Positions 11,953-25,974 of a DNA stretch of 64,000 bases are shown in pieces; within the stretch, counting starts at the first letter, position 1; every line of letters begins with the position of its first letter. The position numbers and the translations under genes are program-made. The notes beneath the pieces are model-generated. The model did not search any database and was not told the origin of the DNA. It saw only the letters and a list, made by a program, of their open reading frames with translations. This DNA is from Syncephalis fuscata S228. Taxonomy: Eukaryota > Fungi > Zoopagomycota. The DNA is taken from the NCBI GenBank assembly GCA_025786725.1, contig JAHLTZ010000011.1, positions 496,001-560,000 of the forward strand, in the 5' to 3' direction.

Positions 11953-13217
11953 GGTGATAGTGTAAAAAGAAGTGGTTTTTTTGATGGATTCAATTGCAAG
12001 CAGCAGCTATAATCAACTGGGGAAGAAAAGGAGAGGGAAGACGAGGAAAAAGAATAGCTGGCGCGTTTATACTAAATTACAACTTAATTCGTTAAAATCG
12101 ATTCGTCATTGATTTAAACATGGATTGTCATAATACTTAACAAATAACAAATACCATTAATATTCATCTTGAAAAGCTAGATTATTACACGTACAATAAT
12201 AAGTACATTATATTTTCTTTAGACTGTATAGATAAAAATGCATAAATTACTTAATGTATTTACTTGATTATTTTGCAAATTGACAAATGAAAATATTTAT
12301 GGTTTTAAAACCAAACATTATTATTGATCGATATTATGTGCTCATTAATCACAATTCATTAAATAAAAGCTTATTATAATGCTTATAGTCTAATACATGA
12401 TAAGCAAACTAGTAATGTGTAAAGTCGAGGCGACATAAACTAGCATTATTGTAAATTTCCATCTGGATATTATTATTGTTACACCATAAGCTGAATTATG
12501 AAATCATAAATATGATGAGGTGAATTTAAAAGAGTATATTACAAACTTTTATACGAAACTATTAATTGATGGAGAAACATCGACTATACAATTCTTATCC
12601 TTAAATTCAATGTGATATTACCATGATGCACTGACTTAAATGTGATGATATAGCGTATTTCCAGTTTACAATTACATATTGAGTACAAATAAAAAATAAA
12701 AAGAAATGCTATCGAGTTAAATGAGCAATTCACTATGCTCAAGCTTTCATTGATAATCATATGCCGGCGTAACAGTCCTTTAGCCATCACTGCAGTCATT
12801 TAGCAATAATATTTCTGAGGCCTTTCTTTTTAGTCAAGAAAATGGTATTAATTCAGTAAACATAGGCTAATTGACGAACAGTTCATTTGTAAATACTGGC
12901 TAAACCTCTGTTGATGTATCACTATAGTCGTTTGTTACAGATAAGGCCTTGCGCGGGGTGTTAATCAAGCTAAGTATTTGTCTATTAATTAAATGTTATG
13001 CATTCCCTGCATTAGGAACTAGGACTGGAATTTATGCCTGTCAATATCTATATAATCGTCGTCTATTGTCGATGTTTTGTACAGATTATTCAACTATCCA
13101 ATTTTTCTAATACTCTCTATTATCCTCATTAAAACTTGTTACAACATCGTTACCATTACTGGTCAGATAATTAACGTTTAATCTTACTCGTTTCTATTTT
13201 ACTTTTATTTACAAATA

Positions 13218-15192
13218 ATGAATAAATATATTCATGCCACTTTGCTGCTATTGGCTGTAGCCAATGCTGCAAGCTTTGTAGCTGCAGAACGTTTCAATGC
13301 CCAGCTAATTCAGCCGGGCCCAACACCAAAATACGAAATTGCACTATTATCTCCCATGCTGAAACGACAGCCTAGTCATTTTGGACCAGTCGGTAATCCA
13401 GTGGATGTTGCAAAAGCTTTTGTCAGGCAAAATATAAAAATTAAAGATAGCGACTATGTTATTAAAGATTCCTACGTCACCAAATCGACCGGCGTAACGC
13501 ACGTTTACTTTAAACAATTATTCCAAGGAGTTGAAGTGACCAACGGCGATATTTCCGTTAATGTTGATGCTGGAGGTAAAGTAATCACCTATGGTGATAG
13601 CTTTTACCATAGCTCAGATGCCTCTAAACGCAACCTATGGGCTGGCCAATCATCACAACGTTTTGTAGAACCAAGCAAAGCGTTTGTATCACTAGCCGAG
13701 CATATCGGCAAGCCTGTAGACCCTCCAAAATTACTATCATCCCTTACATCAATCCAAATGATAAAAAGAAACAATATATTTTGCAAAACATTCCTTATGT
13801 TTTAAAGGATGTTATTACTCAACAGTCCTATATTCACACTGCGGATGGGTCGCTTAAGGCGGCCTGGGAATTCTTTGTCGATTTAGGCGATAACTATTTT
13901 AACGCCCATGTATCGGCAGATGGTAAAGAAGTGGTATCACTATTTGACTGGATATCCGATGCCACCTATAATGTCGTCAAAGTTGGTGATGCTGGTCCTA
14001 ACACAAGTAGCGCGTACTACTAACTAATCCGGAAAACAAAAAAGCATCACCAAAAGGCTGGCATGACTACAACAATACACAGACAAGCACAACGTTGGGA
14101 AACAACGTAGAGGCATCAGTGCGTAAAAATGAAACCGCTAATATTCCTTTTGTTCAGCCGATTGCCATAAATAACACATTTGATTATCCTGTGAACCTAA
14201 CCAGCGAGCCAGACACCTATCGCGAGGCCGCTGTTACCAACTTGTTTTATATGAACAACGTTATGCATGATATCTACTACCAATATGGCTTTGACGAAGC
14301 AGCGGGTAATTTTCAAAATGACAACTACGGCAGAGGTGGCAAAGAAGGGGACAATGTTCTTGCTTTCGATCAAAGTGCCGCAAGATCAATAATGCCCATT
14401 TCTTCACGCCACCAGACGGAGAAAACCCAAGAATGACCATGGATATTTGGAAACGGACCTCGCCATCCCGTGATAGTGCCTTCGACAACGATATCATTGC
14501 CCACGAGTATACACACGGACTTTCCAACCGACTAACTGGTGGTCCAAAATCATCCAGTTGTTTAGGAAGATACGAGACCGGTGGCATGGGCGAAGGTTGG
14601 GGTGACTTTTTTGGTGCTTGGTTGCGTATGGGCCGACCGATACGCACGATAGAGTAGCAGGAGTTGCCGAATACGCAAATGGCAAAAGTATTCGCAAGTT
14701 TCCGCTCTCGACAAAATGACAACTAATCCGATGACTTATGGTTGGGTATATGGACCGAAAGCATCAGAAGTTCATGTAATCGGCACCCTTTGGTCTAATA
14801 TTCTATACCAGATGTACTGGAATTTGGTAGACAAAATTGGATTCAACAACGATAAATACTCAGCCGATATTACCAAAGGTAGCACATTAACCGCACAGTT
14901 GATTATTGATGGCATGAAGCTACAGCCATGTCGTCCAACATTTGTCTCTGCTCGTGACGCCATTCTGCAAGGTGAGCAGCAAATTACTGGCGGTAAACAT
15001 CAATGTGAGATCTGGGCTGCTTTTGCCAAACGTGGCGTCGGCGTAAAAGCGACTACCGATGGCAGTACGAAAGTAATAGAAGATTTTACACTACCTACAG
15101 AATGTAAACATTTGGAAGTTCCAAGATCAGGGGAACCAAAGACAGAAGTTCCTAAGCCAGAAGTTCCTAAGCCAAAAGTCCAGAATTCATAA
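13218..15192 (+). CDS. Fungalysin (M36) secreted metalloprotease, intronless, broken by about five frameshifts (pseudogene or assembly errors)
   Basis: Signal peptide, FTP propeptide ([21 protein letters not shown]), [55 protein letters not shown]; C-terminal EVPKP repeats. Confidence 0.9.
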
Positions 15193-15421
15193 GCTAATCT
15201 AGTACTTCTAGGCAACAGCCACACTTTGCATTCTGATTGTTTTGTAATGGATTTATTATAATAAATACTACGTTTCTTCAAATTCAACATGTTATTCATT
15301 ATCAATTATTTAATAAAATTAATGGTAATTTACTGTTATTTATGCAACACAATTAAACTGAAATGGTCTGTTTCTTTTTACTTTAAATAACAATGATATT
15401 TCAAAGCCATAATAATTATTG

Positions 15422-17624
15422 TTATGTATTTTGATGCTCCATTGTAAGCGGTAAATTCAAATTCTTCTTACATGCATTGTATTCATGTTTTAGCAATATA
15501 GAATGAAGTGACTTGATCACATGTTATGACCTCTATTATGCTGACATTCTCTTAACCTAGGCCAGTATATGGCACAACTGCTGCGATGTAAATAAAGTAC
15601 GGTACATTTAATAGATAATTATTTGAACCAACTTATCAATAATAGCACATTAATAGTATATAATATATTTTACTCTTGAATCATAATAAAGTAAAATGAA
15701 TAAAAATAAAACATCCACAGTTATTATCAAACGACATAGTTGATCTAATAAACATATTGCTACTTACAAATATTAAAAACAATGTGTGTTTGAAATGTAT
15801 AATAGTAAAATAAATAACTAGAAAATAGCTAGTCGGTGATTTGTTACAAACACTGACATCAACTATATTAATAAAGTAGGGAAAGCAACAGAGAAACAAG
15901 ACTATCAACAGAATAGCATTCGATTATCACTGAATACATACTAAAATGTGTTTAAAGTGGAAACACAAAAAAACAAAGCAATGAGCATAATAGTAAAACA
16001 AAAAGTATCATATCAAGATCCAATATAATCATGAAAATAGCTTTTAATACAGAATAGAAAGTGAAATGATGCTTTACAAATTAGATTAAATAAATATCAA
16101 ATTGGATTGAAATGCGCATATAAATGTCAAACTGCTTCATAAACAGGCTATGCTTAGCGCTGGAACATTCAATTTAGATGTATTGTATCTGCAGTTCGCC
16201 ATGTCATTTCATTTAATCCAAAGGCCTTGTTCGCTACAAGTAAACATATCTTTGTTCAGTTTTATTCCCATCATGTCAACGCAAAATAGCAACACACTAC
16301 CAAAGATATGGCAAGTTGTCGAGATAGTTCATCATATATCACTCTTGAGTGAACCATCTGCCACACTTGCTTTGGCATGCACTTGCAAACTACTTTATAA
16401 TTCCATTACAAGCTACAATAGTTTTTGGCACAAATTGTATCAACAGAAATTTCCTCGTGATATCAACACTGCCATTGACTGGTCAGAATGGCAGTTAGAA
16501 CAAGAGCAAAAAGTAGAGACTACAGAAACGGATGCTAAAATAAACTTGAATCAAAACTTACTTGGTTTCAACGATATAATCAGCGTATCGGCATGTGCTT
16601 AAACTGACAAAATAACAAACCAGCATCAATGGTTCATATAAAATCTTTTAATGTAGATATACTAGCACTAATACAGCTTTCTAATCGATTAACTACGGAA
16701 GCTTATCCTAGCCGGTTTGCAATAGTAAGTCCTGACAATTTGCAAGTCGACTTGCTTAAACTCTCGCGAAAGAACATAGTCGATATTAATATTTTAAATC
16801 TGAATAAAAACATGTAGAAATGGTAAGCATAAAATTTTACCAACATTGCCAACAAGCAAATGGCAGTAATAATGGTGTGCGCGTAATTCTATACTTATCA
16901 CTTTGAATGGTGCCCAAATGAACTTTAAATATGGAATGCAAATAATCGTCAACTGCTGGAGTCTATCAATTCCGATAATCATTGGGACCGTAGAATTATA
17001 GGCACATTTTTGATGTTTGGTAGATTTCAGTGCAGGTACAACACCCAGATACTCTATAGCAGCTTTTCAAAAACAAATTACGTGAACCTCAGCTCCTTAG
17101 TGTCTTGAGTATTAGTAACAGGGATATTTTAAAAATACACACGACGTACAACAGTGAAATGGCTCTTTTGCAATATTATAATTATGAAAACAAATATTGT
17201 GCAAAATAAGCCACGTGCCATTGATGTCCGATGCCGATTAATTATGACCAATTATGGCACGACACAAATGACTACAATTATTTCGAATAGTTTCACGCTA
17301 CCTGATTCCAGTTGTGCAGGACAGCTGAACTTTTACTCAATCGATCACAATCGTACATTATTCCACTTCAGAGGTTTGTTAGTTAGAATATGGCAGATAA
17401 CAATGGAATAAAATGGAAAAGTTGTATTAAAATAATAGCTTTAAGCAAAGGTATTGTTCATGAACATAATTATCTAAAAACAAATTTGATGCTGTTACGG
17501 ATGATGTGGATATTCATCCATTTCCAATACTAGCAATAAAGCATTGTATAGTTGTATACGGACATATGATATTGATGTCTAAAGATACAACACATTACAA
17601 GCTTTGTGCCTAAATTAAATTAAG
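15422..17624 (+). repeat. Dispersed repeat copy A (truncated) carrying an F-box-like pseudogene
   Basis: Near-identical to 39659-41863 and, inverted, to about 60796-62996. Contains the F-box-like segment LPKIWQVVEIVHHISLLSEPSATLALACTCKLLYNSITSYNSFWHKLYQQKFP from ATG 16273. Confidence 0.9.
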
Positions 17625-18212
17625 CAATGAAATACGTACTAAATAAAAATAGTGTTATTTGTTGCAATTTTAATTAAAAATATTGCAAACTAAATGATCA
17701 AGCAATACCTTATCCTGGTGTTATTCTATAGCTTTAGCTTTCGATGTTTAATAGCACATATTTAAAGTTTAAGAATCAATGTTTTAATTAGTATTGTTTT
17801 TAATAGTAAACTGAATACTTTTTTAATACTAAGTAAAAACAATATGAAACTAGAAGCTTATTTTTTTATTGAGATTAAATAAAGCTATCATTTTACAATA
17901 AAAATAGTCAGTAATAGAAGTTGAGCGCTGTGTAATATTTTATCATTGACACGATGCTATCAGTTTATGCAACTATTTATATATTTACAAAGTATTTGCT
18001 GGTTATATTATTGTAATAGCTGTTTATCGTTGGTAATTGGCGCTGATATCCAATTGATGCATCATTCATGTGGCCAATCAAATGTAACCTTAGAAAATTG
18101 CTAAGCACATGGTGTATTTTAGTTATACTATTATAACAGTATTATAATTATAATATTGAGATAATAGCAATACAAACATTGTAAAAATCGAATATTTTTA
18201 TTTCTAATGGCT

Positions 18213-18895
18213 ATGATCACAGCAAAAAAACAACTATTTTGATGTTTACTATTTCAAAATGCTGATAAAACGTTATTTTACACATATAAGCGTAAAAATT
18301 ACCGCGCCAATGCCATAAAAGTATGCTACAGTATTAAAAAGTGCTTTAGTGTAACTAGGTGGTAAAAAACAATGACATTTCAATTAAAAAGTAATAGAAA
18401 CAAATAAATTAATAAAATGTTGATAGTACTACGTATAACTTTACGTATAATAAAGCAAATTGTATGATATTCTGCACAAGTGTACATATAACATGTAGAT
18501 AGCTATTAGCAAAGTATACGGTTATTGTATTGCGTAATAGTGTAACAATTATGATAATACACTAATAAATATGTAAAAATAGCAGTTTTTTACTGTTTAT
18601 GACTCATACAAACAAAATGCAGCAAAATCATTGCCAAATTCAAGTTTTCCATGCTTTGTTATACAGATTGGTATGAAATATAGAGCAATGATTTTTGCAA
18701 AAAGTGTTAGCCAAAAAGTGATTTACGTGTAAATTAGTTAACAATACTTTACGGTATTTGTACATATAAAACATAAACCGTTACTGTAAGTTGGTATTTC
18801 TGCATGCTAATTTGCTATCATGATTTTTGACGCTGTGGAACGCTTTGGATTTGCTTTATAGTAAATTTTATTTTATTATTAAAAATTCTAGAATC
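18213..18895 (+). repeat. ~680-bp AT-rich dispersed repeat, copy 1 (overlaps left arm of foldback)
   Basis: Near-identical direct copy at 28079-28756. Confidence 0.9.
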
Positions 18896-19222
18896 ATAGA
18901 GTTAAATCACTTTTTATTAAGTATTACACATAAATCACATTTTGGCTAATACTTTTTGCAAAAATCGTTGTCCTATAAGTCATACCAAACGATACAGCCA
19001 AGCATGGAAACTCAAATCCAATAATCATTTTGCTGTATTTTAATTATACAAGTTATAAATGGCATAATACTGCTATTTCTACATATTTATTAGTGTATTA
19101 TCATAATCATTACACTATTACGCAATACAATAACCGTATACTTTGCCAATAGCTATCTACATGTTATATGTACACTTGTGCAGAATATCATACAGTTTGC
19201 TTTATTATACGTAAAGTTATAC
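18433..19222. mobile_element. Foldback/MITE-like element with ~300-bp inverted arms
   Basis: 18433-18732 is the reverse complement of 18924-19222 (e.g. GTATAACTTTACGTATAATAAAGCAAA vs TTTGCTTTATTATACGTAAAGTTATAC); ~190-bp spacer; no ORF. Confidence 0.7.
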
Positions 19223-19434
19223 ATATTATTAAGCTATATATAAATGTGTGTATTCAATTTAACATACGTTTTGTTACAATCAATGATAGGCCTGATTTAA
19301 AGCTAATAATTTAAAGAGAAAAACATTATAATTACTAGAACTGTATGACTCAGATGGCTATTATTCTTAACAACAACACAATCACTTGCTTTCATCACAC
19401 AGATACTTTACTGTTTGTCGTTTTACAAATTAAG

Positions 19435-20320
19435 ATGCCAAAGAAATTTGGAGAAAATAGTAAAGGTAGGCAAATAATTTAGCGAGAATAGCAATTTATT
19501 AAGATTCATAATGTTTCTTTTACATGCTGTAATTAGCTGCGGTGGGCAGAGAGCGAAAGGCTGCTCAAGAAGCCGAAAAGAAATCCAAGAAACAAGCAGA
19601 ACTGGATAAAAAAGAAGAGGAAAAGTGGAATAAAGGCGCTAAAAAGTCTGGTAAAAAGGAATCTGAAGAAGAGAAGCGAGTAAGTAGTTGCTTTGTGTCT
19701 AGTACAGCTTTAATTGACGCTATATATTTTATTTGTTTTTTTATAAAAGGCTGCACGTTTGGCCAAGAAGGCAGAGTTGGACGCATTAAAGGTGCAAGAA
19801 GATAAGGAAATAAGCAAGATAAAGCGTGCAACTACTGGTAAAAATCTTCGTATTGAAGAGGTAAATAACTAGTATCAGTGATTAATTGGACCAGTTGTTA
19901 ATGGCTGAACAATAGAAACGTAACGAAAAGAATCTTAAGAAGGCAGAAGATTTGGGTAAAACAGTTGGCACAGCCATTCCAGTATTTAGTGCAGACAATT
20001 TAGATGATGCACTTGATGCGCTTGAGATTATTGACGAAAAGTCATCGCGTCCTGGTGGCAGTGGAGCGCCAGATCGACATGTCGAGCGTCGTTTGAAAGC
20101 TGCCTACGCAGCCTATGAAGAGCGTGAATTGCCCATATTAAAAAAAGAAAACCCCAGCTTGAGACTTACGCAGCTAAAGCAGCTACTATGGAAACAATGG
20201 CAGAAATCGCCGGAAAATCCGCTTAATCAAGCGTCATTGGCTTACAATGCTACGCGTGGCCAGGAAGAGACACATCTTGAGCAGCGACGAGAAGATATTG
20301 AACAGCGTTTAAAGGAGTAG
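19435..20320 (+). CDS. CCDC124: Coiled-coil domain-containing protein 124 / Lso2 ribosome hibernation factor
   Basis: Starts MPKKFGENSK; C-terminal DRHVERRLKAAYAAYEERELPILKKENPSLRLTQLKQLLWKQWQKSPENPLNQ. Confidence 0.92.
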
Positions 20321-20690
20321 ATTAGATCTTATATTAAATGGGATGCTAATGGGCATAGCTATAGCCCATCATCATCTTTAGCCCAACTTGATAATAGTCA
20401 ATGTTGTAATGGAAAATAAACACTATAAGCAACTCCCCATTTTAAATTAAGCTGGAATGTGCAAACTATTACAAATGTATTTAATTAAAATATTCTGCTT
20501 ATAGCGTAGTTTATTATTAAAGTTAATAACTTTTTAAAAAGTTTTACTGATAACAATGTGCTTTTATATTTTATATAATATATAGTATTATGTTTAATGG
20601 TAGTGTAAGTATATATTAATATATAGAACAAATGTCAAAGTAACTATTATGCATTAATTAATCATACAGCAGAATCTGCTTGGTGAAACT

Positions 20691-22668
20691 TTACACATTT
20701 GAAATTTCGTGATTTTTGGCGCTATTTCTAATTTGCTTAATGATTGCAGCTGGTACACACCCTGATGCCGGTATAGTTTGTGTACTCCAAAATGCTGTCC
20801 ATTCACGCTCTTCATCCTCTGATGATAATAATTCAATGCCTCGCCGTGTACTGACACGTAGCAATCGTTTTCCTAATCGGATACGGAATAGCTGGCCTGG
20901 TACTGGCAATAGCAAACGATCCCGTACACTCATGCGTAAAAAGTATAGCACAATCACACCTGTGCAGCAAACACTAAGTAGCCAATAGTAGTTAGTAATG
21001 TACACCATAGGATCGGCAGTCGTGTACTGTTTGGAATCAATTAAGTGGTCATAGATGGCAGCAAATATCAATCCACCACTGATTCCCATGATTCCCCAGC
21101 CTAAAAATATTACTCTAGAATACATTATAATTGTGCTAGTATTATTTCTGTATCAGTATACTAACCCACAGCCGGTGCTAACACTTTTGCTTCCAAATAA
21201 TTCCGCCAACATTGGAGTAAGCACGCTAAAGCCACCACCAAAGCATGAAGTCACAAGCCAGTTTGCAATCAAATATGACCAGAAACTGTCATAATGAATA
21301 AATATAATCATTAATGTAATGCATGTTACTTGTAAAGTGAAAATTCCCATAAATGTCGATTTACGTCCAGTAAAATCGGATATCCATGGAATAATTATGC
21401 GACCTAGTACGCTAAACGCACCATCAACTAATACTAGGTGTTATTGTAGTTCTGTATGTTATCTATATTTATTTACCTGATACTGCTGTTGAAGCTATAC
21501 TGCTATCTTTTTTAAATACGTCGATAGTGATATTTGAAAGTCGTGAAGCAAGCACTAAATCTACATATCATTATTAGCAATGTTAATATTAGTATACATA
21601 ATACATACTAAATATAGAATTGGCCAAAAACACCCAATATATAACACGATATTCACGATTTGCCAACATTTCAAGAAGCGTATATTGAATTCGTGTAGGT
21701 GCTGATGTATTTGTCTGTTCTACTTGATCCACAGGTTGATTCTGTCCAGCTACGGCAGTTGGTACGCCATCGGAATTCATGCCTTTGACAGTAAAATCTG
21801 GTGGCGGTGTACGAATGATAAATGTGCCTATGGAAAGCAGTATAAGGTGTACCACACCATATGCCACAAATGTCCAAGGAACACCCAGTAGATTAATGAC
21901 AGGTAGTGCTATTTTGGCATAGGACACAGTTCCAATGCCTAGACCACCGACGGAAAACCCAGATGCAAAACCACGATAGTCTGGGAACCATTTTTGAATT
22001 GTCGCTACCACTGCTAGATAGCAAATTCCAGTTCCAGTTCCAGTAAATAGCCCATGACCACAGTACACTAATAAAATATATTTAAAATATACACCAGTCA
22101 CGGAAATAAAGTGTCCAATTACAAAAAAGAATGTGCCTATGATAAGTGTTGGTCGAGGACCGTGGCGTTCCAGCCATGGCCCTATAATACAAGCACCTAT
22201 ACCGCTGAAACAAAACAGTATGGAATATGTAAGCGGAGCTTTGTCTACATGGCAAGATTAGTATATTATAACTTTTGCTTTACGATTGTCTGACCTTCAT
22301 GAATGTTGTTATAGATGTATCCATCAACTGGCTGATTAAATACGCTCCATGCGTAAACCGATCCCAACGAAAGTTGAACAAGCAATGAAGCAAGTAGAAT
22401 TAACCATCTTTGAAAGTTAAATCCTAAAATCTTGCGGTCCTTCTCTATCTGTTTCTCGGTGATCAATGACATGGAGTCGCTGGAAATATAGTTAGATTAA
22501 ATGTCACATATTTATTTATTTATATTACCCATAGTACTGTAAAATCAATCGGATTAATGGATTGATAGACTGCGGGGCAGTTGACGTTTTTTGAACAGCA
22601 CTCAGTGTTTTTGTAAGATCCATGCCAAAGCTAGTGCTTATCACTTCGTTTGGCACATGTTTGGACAT
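20691..22668 (-). CDS. MFS transporter, oxalate:formate antiporter (OFA)-like, paralog 1
   Basis: GSVYAWSVFNQP, KWFPDYRGFASG, FGGGFSVLTPMLAELFGSK; multi-exon; ATG at 22668 aligns with the paralog start at 25975. Confidence 0.85.
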
Positions 22669-23346
22669 CTTGAATGGTAGATACAATTATTTAAACAAAC
22701 TTATATAAGAACAGATATTATTTTAACTACTAGTAACTGATTATAGGTGGGAAAATATAAAGTGCTTTTATTACATGCCGAAAAGTAGACGAATATATAA
22801 GGCGCCGCTGACCGATTTCAGCGTAGATGTTGAATGTTTAAGGAGACACAAACGAACGTAACTATTGGTTCCTGGAATGTTGTGCTACCATCATGATTAA
22901 TTTCAAGCTGAACAAAATGCAATGCATTTTCATATGGCACCAATCAACGGCTCATGTTTATCCTCGCTAATCAGCACGCGATTTAGAGCAATGCGATAAA
23001 CTTACATTCCATTTAACAAGCCCAAGTAAAATCGCATGTTTTCCAAATTAAACATGTCGATCCTTAAATTCATGTGACCTTTAGTGTTTCTTATTTATCC
23101 TTTTGGAGTGTGATTGTTAAAAACAGATATTGAGTGATTGCAATGATGACTTTGCTAATAAAAGGGGATTACTTATTAAAATGCCTTTTAACTTGTTAAT
23201 GCGTTGGCAATAATTATAACAAGCCATGGAAATACGTAACAACTATAAGATATTATGATTTAATCAATCGTAACTTTATTGATAAACAATATCGTATAAC
23301 AAGATAACAGCAAAAAAGAAATAACATAAGCAAAAGCTTTATTTAA

Positions 23347-25457
23347 TTAATCAATGTGTAGATTCTTATCCAATTGCGCAAATTGATTAAGAAAGCCTAC
23401 ACGGCAAATTACAAATGTTAATTGCAAGTAAAAGTGCAAACACTAACTTACCTCAAACAATCTATCGCGTGCTGAACATCTCGAGCACCGCCCATTTCAC
23501 GAATACTGTGCATGGCTAATGTGGACAGCCAACATCTAAATGGAAAAACATTGTAAGTTAAAGCGTTTCCTTTTCATTTCCACATACCAACGGTGCGTAG
23601 GCCAAGTTTAGCGCTCAGCATGGACCAATGGTAGAGCCACAGGAAGAGTCATTACGAATAACAAATTCCTAAATGTAATAAAAAAATGTTAGATAAGACC
23701 GTTGTACCATAATTGTATTTACCTGGATTGGGATATCATGCTGGCGCGCTAGTTCACGCAACACAAGTCCAGTGGCAGCGGTAGTTGCATATCGCTAAAC
23801 AGCAATGGTTGTTATTCTAACCAAATCTACAAAGGAATAATAAGATTACCTGGTTTGCATTACGTTTAATGACAATACCACTATTTATACGTGGTCGATG
23901 ATTTTCCTCATGCACTTCACTATACATTTACTCGTAAGCGCTGTATCTATCTACTGATCACATCTACCTACGCGTAATTGGGATGGACGGCATGAGCCAT
24001 GTCCGCACTAATTAAAAGACTTTTCTGTATACCTTCCTCGAATGCCGTCTATGATCTGGTTAGAAACAATAGCCAGCCTGTATATATACATACTGGGTGG
24101 CCGTCAGCTTGCAAACGACGGATCGTCGATTCCAATAAAGCAGAATCGGCTCCATAGGCTGAGGTTGAGCCAATTTCCTCATTATCAAAGAGGGCAATCA
24201 GTCGAATATTCTCATCATTGTTGGTATAGTCGGCGTTTTGCAATGAATCCAACAACGACTAGCATCATATTGTTAGTAGATAATACTTGGTGTTTTATAA
24301 TTCATGGTACCTCTAATGCGCAATAGGACATGAATAGATTATCAAGACGTGCTGATAAAACAAATTCATCAGCAGCACCGCCAAGAGTAGGAGGCTGTGT
24401 ATCGTATAAACAAAGCTCCATGTCACGAATCTTATTGGCTATAATCAATGTAAGTAATTAAATAGTGTTAATTGAATATAATGACAGCTACATACCATCC
24501 ACGTCCAATTGTTCTTCAAGCAGTTTTATTAGTACTGAGCTATGTCGAGCAGCCTCAAGTACAGGTTGGCTGCTTTTTGTCGCCTTTTCCGCGTTGTCAT
24601 TCAATCTAATAATTGTTCAAATCAGTGTTTGTTGCTTAATTATGCATCTATTCACAACTTACTGGTCATTGACCAGGCTAAGAACCGGTGTAAGATGAGT
24701 CTCGTTGTTGAACTTAAATGCCTCATTCACTGTACGATCCAAATGAATAGCCAAGGTAGGAATTCGTAAAATAGGACGGCTTATATTCACCAAATGATGC
24801 GTATAATTGCCCTTGCTGGTTTCAACAAGCACACGACCGGCCAAACCAAGATCACGATCAAACCAAGAGTGCCTAAACACATAGCAAATAAATAACATAA
24901 TCCTAATATATCGGTTTTGTTTTATTTATTTTTTGACATACCAAACGCCACCGCCATAAAGCTGAACACCAACCTGAACATAGCCCAATTTTTCACGCTT
25001 TGAAACTGGCTTGACCTATCAAATAACAATAATTGCTGTCTAATTAGAAAGCAAATAAAGTATATAAAATACAGTACTTGCCTTGAAGCATGGGCTGTCG
25101 GTGTGGGCTGCGACAATGCTTACGCCATTACCTGGTTTCTAATAACGATGAGTTAAGAAGACTACTTGGTGCGTCATTCAGCTAAAAGGATACAAAACGA
25201 CCGCCAACTACAAAGGCGACGATGGTGCTTTGATTACGCGTAAAGTAGTAGCGACCGCCAGCCGTTATCGACCAGCAATCGCGTTCATTCAGCTCCTTAA
25301 ATCCGTGCTTGGTCAGACGTTCACGGCATTGATTCACCGCGTGGAACGGTGAAGGTGAATTGCGAAGAAAACGCAAAAAGTCGGTTAGTCGACCAGAGGA
25401 AGTTTGTGCAGTGACCGAGGTAATAGCCGACATTGTACGAAATAAAGGTATTTGCAT
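23347..25457 (-). CDS. DNPEP: Aspartyl aminopeptidase (M18 family)
   Basis: SPSPFHAV, YFTRNQSTIVAF, AHTDSPCFKVKP, SWFDRDLGLAGRV, IPTLAIHLDR, SARLDNL, FDNEEIGS, SADMAHAVHPNY, NANQRYAT, AMHSIREM. Start may be 25433. A few single-base frameshifts near the 3' end. Confidence 0.93.
25139..25193 (-). other. U12-type GT-AG intron, first intron of the aspartyl aminopeptidase
   Basis: Minus strand GTATCCTTTT...TCTTCTTAAC-TCATCGTTATTAG; removal joins VGGRF to KPGNG in frame. Confidence 0.8.
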
Positions 25458-25974
25458 TCGAAAGCGAAGTGTTGTTGTGGTATGGAGTAAGATAACTTGG
25501 ACAATAAGGCGAATGTGAATGTGAATAATTGCAGTAAAGACGAACACGTCATCGTAATTAAACAATGCCATAAATGGCATAAAAGAGATAGCTTCATAAA
25601 ATATTTCTTTAATATCTTAATTGTGCATTTATTAATATTTTGTTTTGTTAAACAAATAAAACCAATTTCAAAACATTAAATATGTTGACTTATTATCCAT
25701 TACGTCTAGTTTAAAGCTTACGCGTATTCGGCCACTCAGTTCACCGTATCTATGAGGCATGAAATATACACGTAATGGGGTCACGTGTAACTAAGCCTAT
25801 TGCCATGTTGTGTAAATATCGATAACTGGTATGGTGATCACTCAACAAGCAATCTACATAAAGCTGCAGCATTTTTGTTTGGTCTAAAAACAATCATCGT
25901 ATCCGCCCTTTTCATCGTATCCGCTTTTTTTAACATATATTAAATTATTTGCTAGCAATTTAACTATTTGTAAG

